From Caldilineales bacterium (GTDB lineage: Bacteria; Chloroflexota; Anaerolineae; JAAEKA01): DNA of 58,498 nt. Positions 26,784 to 36,500 of the stretch are shown here, piece after piece. Numbering within the stretch: position 1 is the stretch's first letter; every line of letters starts with the position of its first letter. The stretch covers positions 1 through 58,498 of the forward strand of contig JANWYQ010000006.1 of NCBI GenBank assembly GCA_025055015.1, given 5' to 3'. The notes under the pieces are model-generated. The model saw only the letters and a program-made list of their open reading frames with translations. It was not told where the DNA came from and did not search any database. The position numbers and the translations under genes are program-made.

Positions 26784-27908
26784 ATGTTGCTGCGCACCTG
26801 GCAGGTGGTCGTCAAAGAGCTGTTGCATCTGCGCCGGGATCGGGTGCTTACCCTGTTCCTCTTCCTCTTTCCCACCCTGCAGCTGGTGCTGGTGGCGCAG
26901 ACCGCGGGCGCGGCGGTGGGCAACCTCCCCCTGGCCGTTTGGGACCAGGACCACAGCGCGCTCAGCCGCCGCGTGGTGCAGGCCCTGGACAACACCCCGG
27001 AGCTCACCCTCGCCTACCGGCCGGCGTCCATGGCCGAGGTGCGCAGCCTGCTGGACCGCGGCCTGGCCGCTGTGGCCGTGATCATCCCGCCGGGGTTCGC
27101 GGCCGATCTGCTGAACCCCTCCGGCTCGCCAGCGGTTCAGGTGTTGGTGGACGGCTCCAACGTCTCGGCCGGCAGCGCGGCCCTGGCCGCAGCCGAGGGC
27201 GCCGTGGAGGACGCGGTGCGGCGCTACCTGGCGACCGCTGCGGCCCTCCCATACCCTGCGGCAGCGCCGGCGGACCTTCGGCCCCTGGTGCGCTTCAACC
27301 CGGAGCTCAACGGCAAGTTCGTGGCCATCCCCGGCCTGCTGGCGTTTGTGGTGTACCAGGTGGCCATTGTGGTGGCGGCGGTGACCATCGTGCGCGAGCG
27401 GGAGTTGGGCACCCTGGAGCAGCTGGCCGTCTCGCCCGTGCGGGGCGTGGAGATCCTGACAGGCAAGGCCATTCCGGCCATCGGCGTGGCCATGCTCAAC
27501 TTTGCAGTGCTGCTGGCCGTGGTGACCCGGGTGTTCCACATCCCCATGCGCGGCTCGTTGCCCCTGTTGGTCGGCCTCACCGCCCTCTTCGTGACGGCCG
27601 AGGTCGGCGTGGGGCTCATGGTGTCGTCCCTCTCGCGCACGCAGCAACAGGCGGTGTTGCTGGTGTTTCCCCTGGCCATGGTGGACCTAGCCCTCTCCGG
27701 CTACCTGGTGCCGGTGGAGAGCATGCCCGCCGGCCTGCGAGCCCTCTCGCTCTTCTCGCCCCTGCGCCACTACATGCGCATCCTCAAGGACATCATGCTC
27801 AAGGCCGCCGACCTGAGCACCCTGTGGCCGAGCGCGCTGGCCCTGGCAGCCTTGGCGCTGGTCGTCGGCCTGTTGGCGCTGCGCAACGTGGCCCGCAACT
27901 TCGAGTAG
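26784..27908 (+). CDS. ABC-2 type transporter permease (paralog)
   Basis: MLLRTWQVVVKELLHLRRDRVLTLFLFLFPTLQLVLVAQT, paralogous to the previous gene. Confidence 0.8.
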   Translation: MLLRTWQVVVKELLHLRRDRVLTLFLFLFPTLQLVLVAQTAGAAVGNLPLAVWDQDHSALSRRVVQALDNTPELTLAYRPASMAEVRSLLDRGLAAVAVIIPPGFAADLLNPSGSPAVQVLVDGSNVSAGSAALAAAEGAVEDAVRRYLATAAALPYPAAAPADLRPLVRFNPELNGKFVAIPGLLAFVVYQVAIVVAAVTIVRERELGTLEQLAVSPVRGVEILTGKAIPAIGVAMLNFAVLLAVVTRVFHIPMRGSLPLLVGLTALFVTAEVGVGLMVSSLSRTQQQAVLLVFPLAMVDLALSGYLVPVESMPAGLRALSLFSPLRHYMRILKDIMLKAADLSTLWPSALALAALALVVGLLALRNVARNFE

Positions 27909-27913
27909 GCGGC

Positions 27914-28878
27914 ATGGATTCCGATGTCGTCATCCAAGCGGAGCGCTTGACCCGCCGCTTCGGCCCGGTGACAGCCGTGAACGAGCTGAGCCTGGCCGTG
28001 CGCCGCGGGGAGATCTTCGGCCTGGTGGGCCCCGACGGCGCCGGCAAGACCACGGCCATCCGCATGTTGGCCGGGGTGATGGCGCCCACCGGCGGCCGCG
28101 CGGCCGTGGCCGGCTTCGACACCGTGCGCCAGGCCGAGGCGGTCAAGCGCCGCATCGGCTACATGGCTCAGCAGTTCAGCCTCTACGGCGACCTGAGCGT
28201 GCAGGAGAACCTCGACTTCTACGCCGACCTCTTCGGCGTGCGCGGGGCCGAGCGCCGCCAGCGCAGCCAACGGCTGCTGCGCTTCGCCCGCTTGGAGGCC
28301 TTTACTGACCGCCGCGCCGCCGCCCTCTCCGGCGGCATGAAGAAGAAGCTGGCCCTGGCCTGCGCCCTGATCCATCAGCCGGAGGTGCTCTTCCTGGACG
28401 AGCCCACCACCGGCGTGGACCCCGTCAGTCGCCGCGAGTTCTGGGACATCCTGGCCGAGCTCCACGTGGCCGGGGTCACCATCCTAGTAAGCACGCCCTA
28501 CATGGACGAGGCGGAGCGCTGCTCGCGCGTGGGGCTGATGTATGCCGGCCGCCTGTTGGTGTGCGACACGCCGGACGCGCTGCGGGCCTCCATCCCCGGC
28601 CATCTGCTGGCCTTCCGGCCACAGCCGCTGGACGCGGCCGGCGGTCCATCTGGCAGCAGCATCGGCCTGATCCGCCGGGCGGAGACGGTGGCCGTCGGCC
28701 TGCCCGGCGTGCTGGAGGTTCAGGCCTACGGCGACCTGGTGCACGTCTTCGTGGACGACGCCGAGCGCCGCGGGCCGGAGCTGGCCGCCGCGCTGGCCAC
28801 ACACGGCGTCCAGGCGGCCGACCTGCGCCGCGTCCAGCCGCGCATGGAGCAGGCCTTCACCTGGCTGATCCGCCACCT

Positions 28879-28882
<4 letters not shown>
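27914..28882 (+). CDS. ABC transporter ATP-binding protein
   Basis: Walker A GLVGPDGAGKTT, signature LSGGMKKKLALA, Walker B LFLDEPTTGVD. Start at MDSDVVIQAERL within track ORF 26939..28882. Confidence 0.9.
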
Positions 28883-29817
<935 letters not shown>

Positions 29818-29853
29818 CGCTCCCGCAGCGACGATCGGCGGAGTTTGATTTTT

Positions 29854-29880
29854 CACGGCGCCGGCCTCTTTGGCGCCGTG
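29854..29880 (+). other. Perfect 9-bp stem hairpin in the intergenic gap between the ABC ATPase and HlyD genes
   Basis: CACGGCGCC-ggcctcttt-GGCGCCGTG, preceded by TTTTT. Possible intra-operon processing or attenuation signal. Confidence 0.3.
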
Positions 29881-29910
29881 AAGTGCCCGGGTAGCCGGGA
29901 CACTGCACCA

Positions 29911-31275
29911 ATGACGAAAAAAACATCGCTTCTCCTTCCTCTGTTCCTCCTGTTAGTCGCCGGTGGGCTGGCTGCCTGCCGCGCCAACCTGCCCCCTCCG
30001 TTGGCCGACCTGGGGCCGGCAGCCGGCGCCGCGACGGCCGCCGCGCTGCGCGCCACCGGCATGGTCGAGGCGGAGCACGTGACCGTCTCCAGCGAGCTCA
30101 CCGGCCGCGTCGTCCAGCTCCTGGTGGCCGAGGGCGACACTGTCGAGGCCGGCCAGGCGCTGGCCGTGTTGGACGACCGCGTGCTGCGGGCCCAAGCGGT
30201 CCAGGCGGACGCCGCAGTGGCCCGCGCCCAGGCGCAGCTCCAGCTGGTGTTGAGCGGCGCGCGGCCGGAGGAGCTGGCCCACGCCCGCGCGCGCGTGGCT
30301 CACGCCGAGGCAGCGGCCGAGGCTGCGCGGCTGGGCTGGGAAGACGCGCAGCGGCTGCGGGACAACCGCCAGGAGCTGGAGCTAAAGCTCATCGAGGCGG
30401 AGACAGCGGCGGCCGCCGCCCAACACCGCGCCGCCGCCGCCCGGCTGGCCGCCGAGGCCGCCGACCTGGAGCGGGACCTCTGGGGCCGCGTCACCGAGCT
30501 GCTGGCCCAGGGCGTGGAGGTGACCCTGCCCATCGGCGGCACCGTGCGCGTGGACGCGCCCGCCGAGCGCGACCGCGCCAACACCCAGTGGAACCTGGCC
30601 GGCCAGCGGGCCTGGGAGGCGTGGCAGGCCGCCTATGCCGCCGAGGAGGCTGCCCGCGCGGCCCAGACCGCCCTGGCCGACCTGCGCCGCCAGGCCGAAC
30701 GGCCTATCGCCGAGACCGCGGCCGTCCACCAGGCCGAGGCCGCCTATCGCCAGGCCCTGGCCGCCGTGGAGCAGGCGCGGGCTGCCCTCCAGGCTCTGGA
30801 GGAAGGCGCCACTGCCCAGCAGATCGAGCTGGCGCGGCAGGCGTTGGCCCAAGCCCAGGCGGCGCGCGCCGCCCTGGACGTCCCCTTGAGCAAGGCGCGA
30901 GTGACAGCCCCTGCCTCCGGCTTGATCAGCGCGCTGGCCGTGCGCGAGGGGGAGGTCGCCGCTGCCGGCAGGCCCCTTCTGCAGATCGTCCGGCTGGACC
31001 CGGTCACCCTCACCGTGTACGTGCCGGAGGCAGACCTTGGGCGGGTCTGGATCGGCCAGCCCGTGCGGGTCACCGTCAACTCCTTCCCCGGCCGGACCTT
31101 CCGGGGGACTGTGACGGCCATCGCCGATCGGGCCGAGTTCACCCCCAAGAGCGTGCAAAGCGCTCAGGCGCGGCTCAGCACCGTGTTCGCCGTGGAGATC
31201 ACCCTGCCCAACCCCGACGGGGCGCTCAAGCCCGGCATGCCCGCCGATGCCCTGTTCCAGGAGGCCGCGCCATGA
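29911..31275 (+). CDS. HlyD-family membrane fusion (periplasmic adaptor) protein
   Basis: Lipoprotein-like N-terminus (LLVAGGLAAC), long Ala/Gln/Arg coiled-coil, C-terminal beta-barrel (RVWIGQPVRVTVNSFPGRTFRGTVTAIADRAEFTPKSVQSAQ...). Confidence 0.8.
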   Translation: MTKKTSLLLPLFLLLVAGGLAACRANLPPPLADLGPAAGAATAAALRATGMVEAEHVTVSSELTGRVVQLLVAEGDTVEAGQALAVLDDRVLRAQAVQADAAVARAQAQLQLVLSGARPEELAHARARVAHAEAAAEAARLGWEDAQRLRDNRQELELKLIEAETAAAAAQHRAAAARLAAEAADLERDLWGRVTELLAQGVEVTLPIGGTVRVDAPAERDRANTQWNLAGQRAWEAWQAAYAAEEAARAAQTALADLRRQAERPIAETAAVHQAEAAYRQALAAVEQARAALQALEEGATAQQIELARQALAQAQAARAALDVPLSKARVTAPASGLISALAVREGEVAAAGRPLLQIVRLDPVTLTVYVPEADLGRVWIGQPVRVTVNSFPGRTFRGTVTAIADRAEFTPKSVQSAQARLSTVFAVEITLPNPDGALKPGMPADALFQEAAP

Positions 31276-32612
31276 AAAAGCTCCTCGCCGTTGCGCTGAC
31301 CGCGCTGCTGCTGGGTGCCGCGGCCCTGGTGATCGGCCTGCAGGCGGCGCCCCAGGCCACGCAGGCCGCATGGACGGCCTTGGGCTTGCCCCCTGCGCCC
31401 CTGGAGCAGGCCTCGCGGCTGCTGTCGGCCGAGCCCCCGTCTACGCCCCCGCCCGCTGGGATCGTCCTGGCCGCGGGCACCGTGGAGGCGGAGGAGGTGA
31501 CCGTGGCGGCCGAGACGGCGGGGCGTGTGGTGGCCGTGCTGGTCTCCGAGGGAGAGGCGGTGACGGCCGGCCAGCCGCTGGTGCAGCTGGACGATAGCTT
31601 GTTGCGGGCGCGGCTGGTTGAAGCCGACCGGGCGGTGGAAATGGCCCGCGCCAACCTGGCGGTGGTTCAGGCTGAGCCGCAGCCCGCCCACGTGGCAGCC
31701 GCCCGCGCCCAGGTGAGCCAGGCCCAAGCCGCCTTGGCGGGCGCACAGCAGGCCCTGGCCGACGCCCAGGCCGCGCTGGAGAGCCCCTTGGCGCTGGAGG
31801 CCCAGATCAACAGCGCCGCGGCCCGCGTGGCCCTGCTGCGCCGCCAAGTGGAGCAGGCGCGCGCCCAGCAGGCGGCCGCGGCAGTCCTGCGCCAGGCAGC
31901 GGCCCGCGACAGCAGCGACCAGGGCAAGACCCAGGCGGCCATGTACGAGAAGCAGGAGGCAGCCGCGGCCCAGCAGGTTGCCGCCGCCCAGGCTGAGCTG
32001 CAGGGCGCCCAGCGCGCCCTGGCGTACCTGCGCCGGATGCGGGAGGCGCCGCTGGCGCTGGAGGTGCAGGTGCGGGCGGCCGAGCAGGCAGTGGCGGTGG
32101 CCGAGGCGGCTCTGGCAGTCGCCCAGGCCGAGCTGGCGCTGGTGGAGGCCGGCCCGCGGCCTGAGGCGGTGGCAGTGGCCGAGGCGCAGGTGGCCGAGGC
32201 TGAGGCAGCCCGTGGGGTGCTGGAGGCCCAGCTCGCCCAGACTGTCCTCTACAGCCCGCTGGACGGCGTGGTCACCCAGGTGGCGGTGCGCAGCGGCGAG
32301 ATGGCCGCGCCGGCCAGCCCGCTGCTGAAGGTGAGCCGGCTGGACCGGGTCACCGTTACCGCCTACGTGCCCGAGGCGGAGATCGGTCGGGTGCGGGTGG
32401 GCCAGCCGGCGCGCGTGCGCGTGGACGCCCATCCCGGTCGCGCCTTTCTGGGCGCGGTTACCTACATCTCCCCCCGCGCTCAGTTCACCCCGCGCAGCGT
32501 GCAGACCGCCGAGGAGCGGGCCAAGACCGTGTTCGCCGTGCGCATCACCCTGTCCAACCCCGACCAAGCCCTTAAGCCGGGCATGCCTGCCGACGTGGAG
32601 ATCGGCCCGTAG
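31272..32612 (+). CDS. HlyD-family membrane fusion protein (paralog)
   Basis: MKKLLAVALTALLLGAAALVIG..., coiled-coil, RVRVGQPARVRVDAHPGRAFLGAVTYISPRAQFTPRSVQTAEE. Overlaps the previous stop. Confidence 0.8.
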   Translation: MKKLLAVALTALLLGAAALVIGLQAAPQATQAAWTALGLPPAPLEQASRLLSAEPPSTPPPAGIVLAAGTVEAEEVTVAAETAGRVVAVLVSEGEAVTAGQPLVQLDDSLLRARLVEADRAVEMARANLAVVQAEPQPAHVAAARAQVSQAQAALAGAQQALADAQAALESPLALEAQINSAAARVALLRRQVEQARAQQAAAAVLRQAAARDSSDQGKTQAAMYEKQEAAAAQQVAAAQAELQGAQRALAYLRRMREAPLALEVQVRAAEQAVAVAEAALAVAQAELALVEAGPRPEAVAVAEAQVAEAEAARGVLEAQLAQTVLYSPLDGVVTQVAVRSGEMAAPASPLLKVSRLDRVTVTAYVPEAEIGRVRVGQPARVRVDAHPGRAFLGAVTYISPRAQFTPRSVQTAEERAKTVFAVRITLSNPDQALKPGMPADVEIGP

Positions 32613-32673
32613 GGTTTGCGCCTTTCCGGCCCGCCGGTTACAATCGCGCGCTGTGCAGCCCAAAGGACCATCC

Positions 32674-32754
32674 ATGCGGAACCTCAGCCGTGCCTGTCGA
32701 GTCTTAAATAATCGGGAAACAGCGCGGGCCCCCAGCACCTCATCATGGCCGTGA
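32674..32754 (+). CDS. Candidate 26-aa peptide (MRNLSRACRVLNNRETARAPSTSSWP): possible RiPP precursor or leader/uORF of the kinase gene
   Basis: ATG preceded by AAAGGA at 7-nt spacing. Lies in the only sizeable gap (32613-32744) of the locus and overlaps the kinase start by 10 nt. Too short to appear in the ORF track. No homology evidence. Confidence 0.2.
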   Translation: MRNLSRACRVLNNRETARAPSTSSWP

Positions 32755-33626
32755 ACCCCGTGAACGGCGCTTGGGACTTCTCTTTCGCCGTCGGCGGATT
32801 GACCATCGCCCTAGCGTCCGACGACCGCCCCTTGCTCGAGGCCTTGGCCAGGCGGTATGAGCCGTGGCTGGTAGAGGGGCCGTCGCTCTGCCGGGTGCAG
32901 GTTCGCTGCGGGCAGGGGCAGCGCATGCCCAACCGACCCAGCCCTGCAGCCTCCTTCGACCAGGGCCGCGCGTGCCATCTCCGGGCCCCCGGCTACCACG
33001 GCGTGATCGCCGCCGACGGCTGCAGCGGAACCTTGGAGCTGGCCGTCGCCGACGAGGCCGACGCCGACTACTTCCTGCGCGCGGTGCTGGCAGTGTTAGC
33101 CTTCGAGGCAGGCGGCCTGCTGGTGCATGCGGCCGGCTTCCTGCGCCGCGGCCGGGCCGTGCTGTTGACCGGCCGCTCTGGCATCGGCAAGTCCACCTCG
33201 GTGCGGGTGTCGGCCGGCCTGCCCGACACTGTGGCCCTGGGCGACGACCTGATCCTGTTGATGCCGACGGCCGACGGCTGGTGGGCCCACGGCACTCCGT
33301 TCTGGAACCCGGAGGCGCCGGCTGCGCTGCGCATCGGCCAGACCGCCTCAGGGCCGTTGGCGGGCCTCTTTCGGCTGGCCCAGGACCGCCGGGACTGGGT
33401 CCAGCCGCTGAGCGCGGGGCAGCTGGTGGCCGGGCTCATGAGCGACCTGCCCATCGTGCCGCTGGATACGGTCCGCGCGTCCCAGGCCTTTGCGCTGTTG
33501 GCCCGCCTGGCGCGGACGGTGGCGACAGGCCAGCTGCACTTTCGGCCAACGCCTGACTTTTGGAGCGTGCTCGATGAGTTCATCCTTTCCTCTGTCCCTG
33601 TCCAGCCGCATCAGGCGCCGCAGTGA
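32745..33626 (+). CDS. HPr kinase/phosphorylase C-terminal-domain-like P-loop kinase (HprK-related)
   Basis: RAVLLTGRSGIGKSTSV P-loop followed by GLPDTVALGDDLILL matches the HprK C-domain pattern (GxSGxGKS ... hydrophobic-DD). Confidence 0.65.
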   Translation: MAVNPVNGAWDFSFAVGGLTIALASDDRPLLEALARRYEPWLVEGPSLCRVQVRCGQGQRMPNRPSPAASFDQGRACHLRAPGYHGVIAADGCSGTLELAVADEADADYFLRAVLAVLAFEAGGLLVHAAGFLRRGRAVLLTGRSGIGKSTSVRVSAGLPDTVALGDDLILLMPTADGWWAHGTPFWNPEAPAALRIGQTASGPLAGLFRLAQDRRDWVQPLSAGQLVAGLMSDLPIVPLDTVRASQAFALLARLARTVATGQLHFRPTPDFWSVLDEFILSSVPVQPHQAPQ

Positions 33627-33870
33627 TGTCGTCTCGGACGTGGTCGGCGGGGAGGCCGTGTTGGTCTCCCCGAAGCAGGCGCGGGTGCGCATGCTCAACG
33701 AGACGGGCAGCCTCATCTGGCGTCTGGCGGACGGCGCCACGACCCTACAGCAGATGGCCGAGGCCCTTGCTGCCGAGTACGCCGTCACCGTAGAGGACTG
33801 TTCCCCCGATGTCGTCGCCTTCGCCCAAGAGCTCCTGGCGGCCGGCGTTGTGGAGCTGGTGAACGATTGA
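33574..33870 (+). CDS. PqqD-family protein (RiPP recognition element-like peptide chaperone)
   Basis: DVVGGEAVLVSPKQARVRMLNETGSLIWRLADGATTLQQMAEALAAEYAVTVEDCSPDVVAFAQELLAAGVVELV fits the PqqD/RRE profile. The start overlaps the kinase gene by about 50 nt. An alternative GTG start at 33640 is possible. Confidence 0.65.
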   Translation: MSSSFPLSLSSRIRRRSDVVSDVVGGEAVLVSPKQARVRMLNETGSLIWRLADGATTLQQMAEALAAEYAVTVEDCSPDVVAFAQELLAAGVVELVND

Positions 33871-33900
33871 CGAGGCCGGCGCGACGAGAGGATTGACCCT

Positions 33901-36423
33901 ATGCGACGAGAGCGCCGAACCCATCAGGGATGGCTACCAACGGCCGTCCGGTGGACCGCGGCGGCGGTGTTGGCGCTGACCCTGCTCCCCGGCGGGGCGG
34001 CCAACGCTGCGCCGGCCACGACAATGCCGGCCGAGCCGCGCGTCGCTAACGTGGGCTGTCCCTTTGTGGTGGTGCCCTTCTGTCTGAAGCTGATCGTGGC
34101 CGAGGACGGGTTGGTGCGGGTTACAACTGCCGACCTCCAGGGAGCGGGATGGAACGTGCAGACGGTGGACCCGCGCTCCTTCAGCCTGAGCAGCCAGGGC
34201 CGCGCCGTTGCCCTGCGGCTGCAGGACGGCGGCGACGGCCGCTTGGACCCCGGCGATTTCGTGGAGTTCTACGGCCAGCGCTTCCGCGGGACGCAGATGG
34301 ATGAGAAGTACACCGACGACAACGTGTACTGGCTGGCGGCCGGCGGCTCGGCCGGCCCGCGCATGGCCGTGGTGGATGCGACGCCGGGGTCTGCGCCGGA
34401 TGCGCCTGCCAGCTTCTGGACCACCCACCACGCCGAGGAGAACCACCACTGGTTCACCCACAACGTGCTGGGGTGGCCCACGCAGGACACGTGGTGGTGG
34501 ACCAACATGTACGTCTCCGGCCCGCGCTCGGTAACCCCCTGGCAACTGCCCACGGTGCTGCCGGCCCCTGCCTCGGAGGTGTACACCGCGACCCTGCAGA
34601 TCGAGGTGGCCCCGCGGCGCCAGTACGGCGCGCATCGCTTCCAGGTCTTCCTCAACGACGCCGCCGGCCAGCCCCTGCTGGACGACACCTTCTTCGGCCA
34701 TGTCCCGCGCGTGGCCCAGGTGGACTTCCCCGGCAGCCTGCTGCGCAACGGCGAGAACGTCGTCCTGATCCACATCTTCAATCAGCCCTCCGGCAAGACG
34801 GTCGCAGAGGCCGGCGCTGCGGCGGCGATGCGCCCCCCGTGGGTGGACGAGGCGCTGAACGCGCTGCAGGGCGGGCCACCTGAGAAGGCTGCCGACGGCA
34901 CCTTCGAGTGGATGTATGCGAACTACTACACGGTGCGCTACCGCCGGCTCTACCGGGCTGTGAACGACGAGATCGTGTTCTCGGCCGACCAGCCGGGGAC
35001 ACAGATCTTCACGCTGCACGGCTTCACCGACCGCAACGTGCGCGTCTACGACATCACCAACCCCCTGCGGCCGGCGCGGCTCGGCGGGGTCCAGGTGACC
35101 CCAGCCGGCGACGGCACCTTCCGGGCGCGCCTACAGGTGACGGCGGAGGCCGACAGCCGGTATCTGGCCCTCACCGAGGCCAAAGCCAAGCGGCCAAAGC
35201 GGGTTGAGGCGCCGCTGGCCTCTGCCGTTCGCTCTCCCAACAACGGCGCCGACTGGATCATCATCACCCACGCTGACTTCCTGCCTCAGGCTCGGCGGCT
35301 GGCGGCCTATCGGGCGGCCCAGGATGGCTTCCGCACGGCGGTGGTCAACGTGGCCGAGCTGTACGAGCAGTTCAACCACGGCATCTTCCACCCCGAGGCT
35401 ATCCGCCGCTTCGTCGCCTTCGCCGTGCAGGCGTGGCAGCCGCCGGCGCCGCAGTACATCGTGCTCCTGGGCGACGGCAACTGGAACTTCAAGGGCTACG
35501 GCACGGCCACCTATGGCCAGCCCGATCCCAACTGGATCCCGCCCTATCTGGTATGGGAGGACCCGTGGCAAGGAGAGGTACCCAGCGACAACGCTTTCGT
35601 CAACCTGGACGACGACCCCCTGCCCGAGCTAGCCATCGGCCGTCTACCGGCCCGCTCCCTGGCTGAAGCTACCACCTTGGTGGACAAGATCATTGCCTAC
35701 GAGGCCCAGCGGCGCAGCGCGACCCCCTGGCGCCAGCGCATGTTCTACGTCACCGACAACAGCGACAGCTCCGGCGACTATCCCTCCGTGGCCGAGAACG
35801 TCATTCGCACGGCGCTGCCGCCGTATGTCGAGCCCGTGCGCAACTACCTGGGGGTCACCTTCCCCATAGATCAGGTCGCACGGGCCACCGACTTCTTGGT
35901 GGACCAGGTGAACGCCGGCGTTTCTGTGCTGACCTACATGGGTCACGGCTCGGTCAACTGGTGGGCCGTCGAGGGCCTGTGGAACACCAGCTACACCTCG
36001 CGGCTGAGCAACGCCGATCGCCTGCCGCTGGTGGTCACCTTGAACTGCTTGGACGGCTACTTCGTCCACGGCAACCCCGGCCTGCAGTCCGTGGCCGAAG
36101 AGATGTTGCGCCATCCCGGCGGCGGTTCCGTGGCGGCCTGGTCGCCCACCGGCCTAGGCACGACGTACATCGAAAACATCCTGAACATGGGGCTGTTGGA
36201 AGCCTTTTTTCAGCTAGACATTCGACGGATCGGCCCGGCCACCATGCATGCCAAGGCTCATCTCTACAACATCATCGGCGACAGCACGCCGTACGAGACG
36301 GCGCTGCTGCACACCATGACCGTCTTCGGCGACCCTGCGCTCAGGCTCAGCCTGCCCACATGGCGGGTGCGGTTGCCGGTGGCCATGAGGGGCGTCACCC
36401 CACCGAAGGCGACGCAGCCCTAG
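33901..36423 (+). CDS. Secreted peptidase family C25 (gingipain-like clan CD cysteine peptidase) multidomain protein
   Basis: Signal peptide. C-terminal half has DWIIITHADFLPQARRLAAYR, YIVLLGDGNW, catalytic His in LTYMGHGSVNWW and Cys in VVTLNCLDGYF about 35 aa later (C25 His/Cys dyad spacing). Confidence 0.75.
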   Translation: MRRERRTHQGWLPTAVRWTAAAVLALTLLPGGAANAAPATTMPAEPRVANVGCPFVVVPFCLKLIVAEDGLVRVTTADLQGAGWNVQTVDPRSFSLSSQGRAVALRLQDGGDGRLDPGDFVEFYGQRFRGTQMDEKYTDDNVYWLAAGGSAGPRMAVVDATPGSAPDAPASFWTTHHAEENHHWFTHNVLGWPTQDTWWWTNMYVSGPRSVTPWQLPTVLPAPASEVYTATLQIEVAPRRQYGAHRFQVFLNDAAGQPLLDDTFFGHVPRVAQVDFPGSLLRNGENVVLIHIFNQPSGKTVAEAGAAAAMRPPWVDEALNALQGGPPEKAADGTFEWMYANYYTVRYRRLYRAVNDEIVFSADQPGTQIFTLHGFTDRNVRVYDITNPLRPARLGGVQVTPAGDGTFRARLQVTAEADSRYLALTEAKAKRPKRVEAPLASAVRSPNNGADWIIITHADFLPQARRLAAYRAAQDGFRTAVVNVAELYEQFNHGIFHPEAIRRFVAFAVQAWQPPAPQYIVLLGDGNWNFKGYGTATYGQPDPNWIPPYLVWEDPWQGEVPSDNAFVNLDDDPLPELAIGRLPARSLAEATTLVDKIIAYEAQRRSATPWRQRMFYVTDNSDSSGDYPSVAENVIRTALPPYVEPVRNYLGVTFPIDQVARATDFLVDQVNAGVSVLTYMGHGSVNWWAVEGLWNTSYTSRLSNADRLPLVVTLNCLDGYFVHGNPGLQSVAEEMLRHPGGGSVAAWSPTGLGTTYIENILNMGLLEAFFQLDIRRIGPATMHAKAHLYNIIGDSTPYETALLHTMTVFGDPALRLSLPTWRVRLPVAMRGVTPPKATQP

Positions 36424-36500
36424 CGCACGCAGCGCGCCACAGCCCCAGCAGAGCGGCTACGCGCCGCCTGCCCTCAACGGCGACAGAAAGTCCATAGACC

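Noticed and set aside
30382-32738. ORFs 30382..31371 (-), 30588..32612 (+ upstream part), 31164..32738 (-)
   Set aside because: Antisense or over-extended frames across the two HlyD genes.
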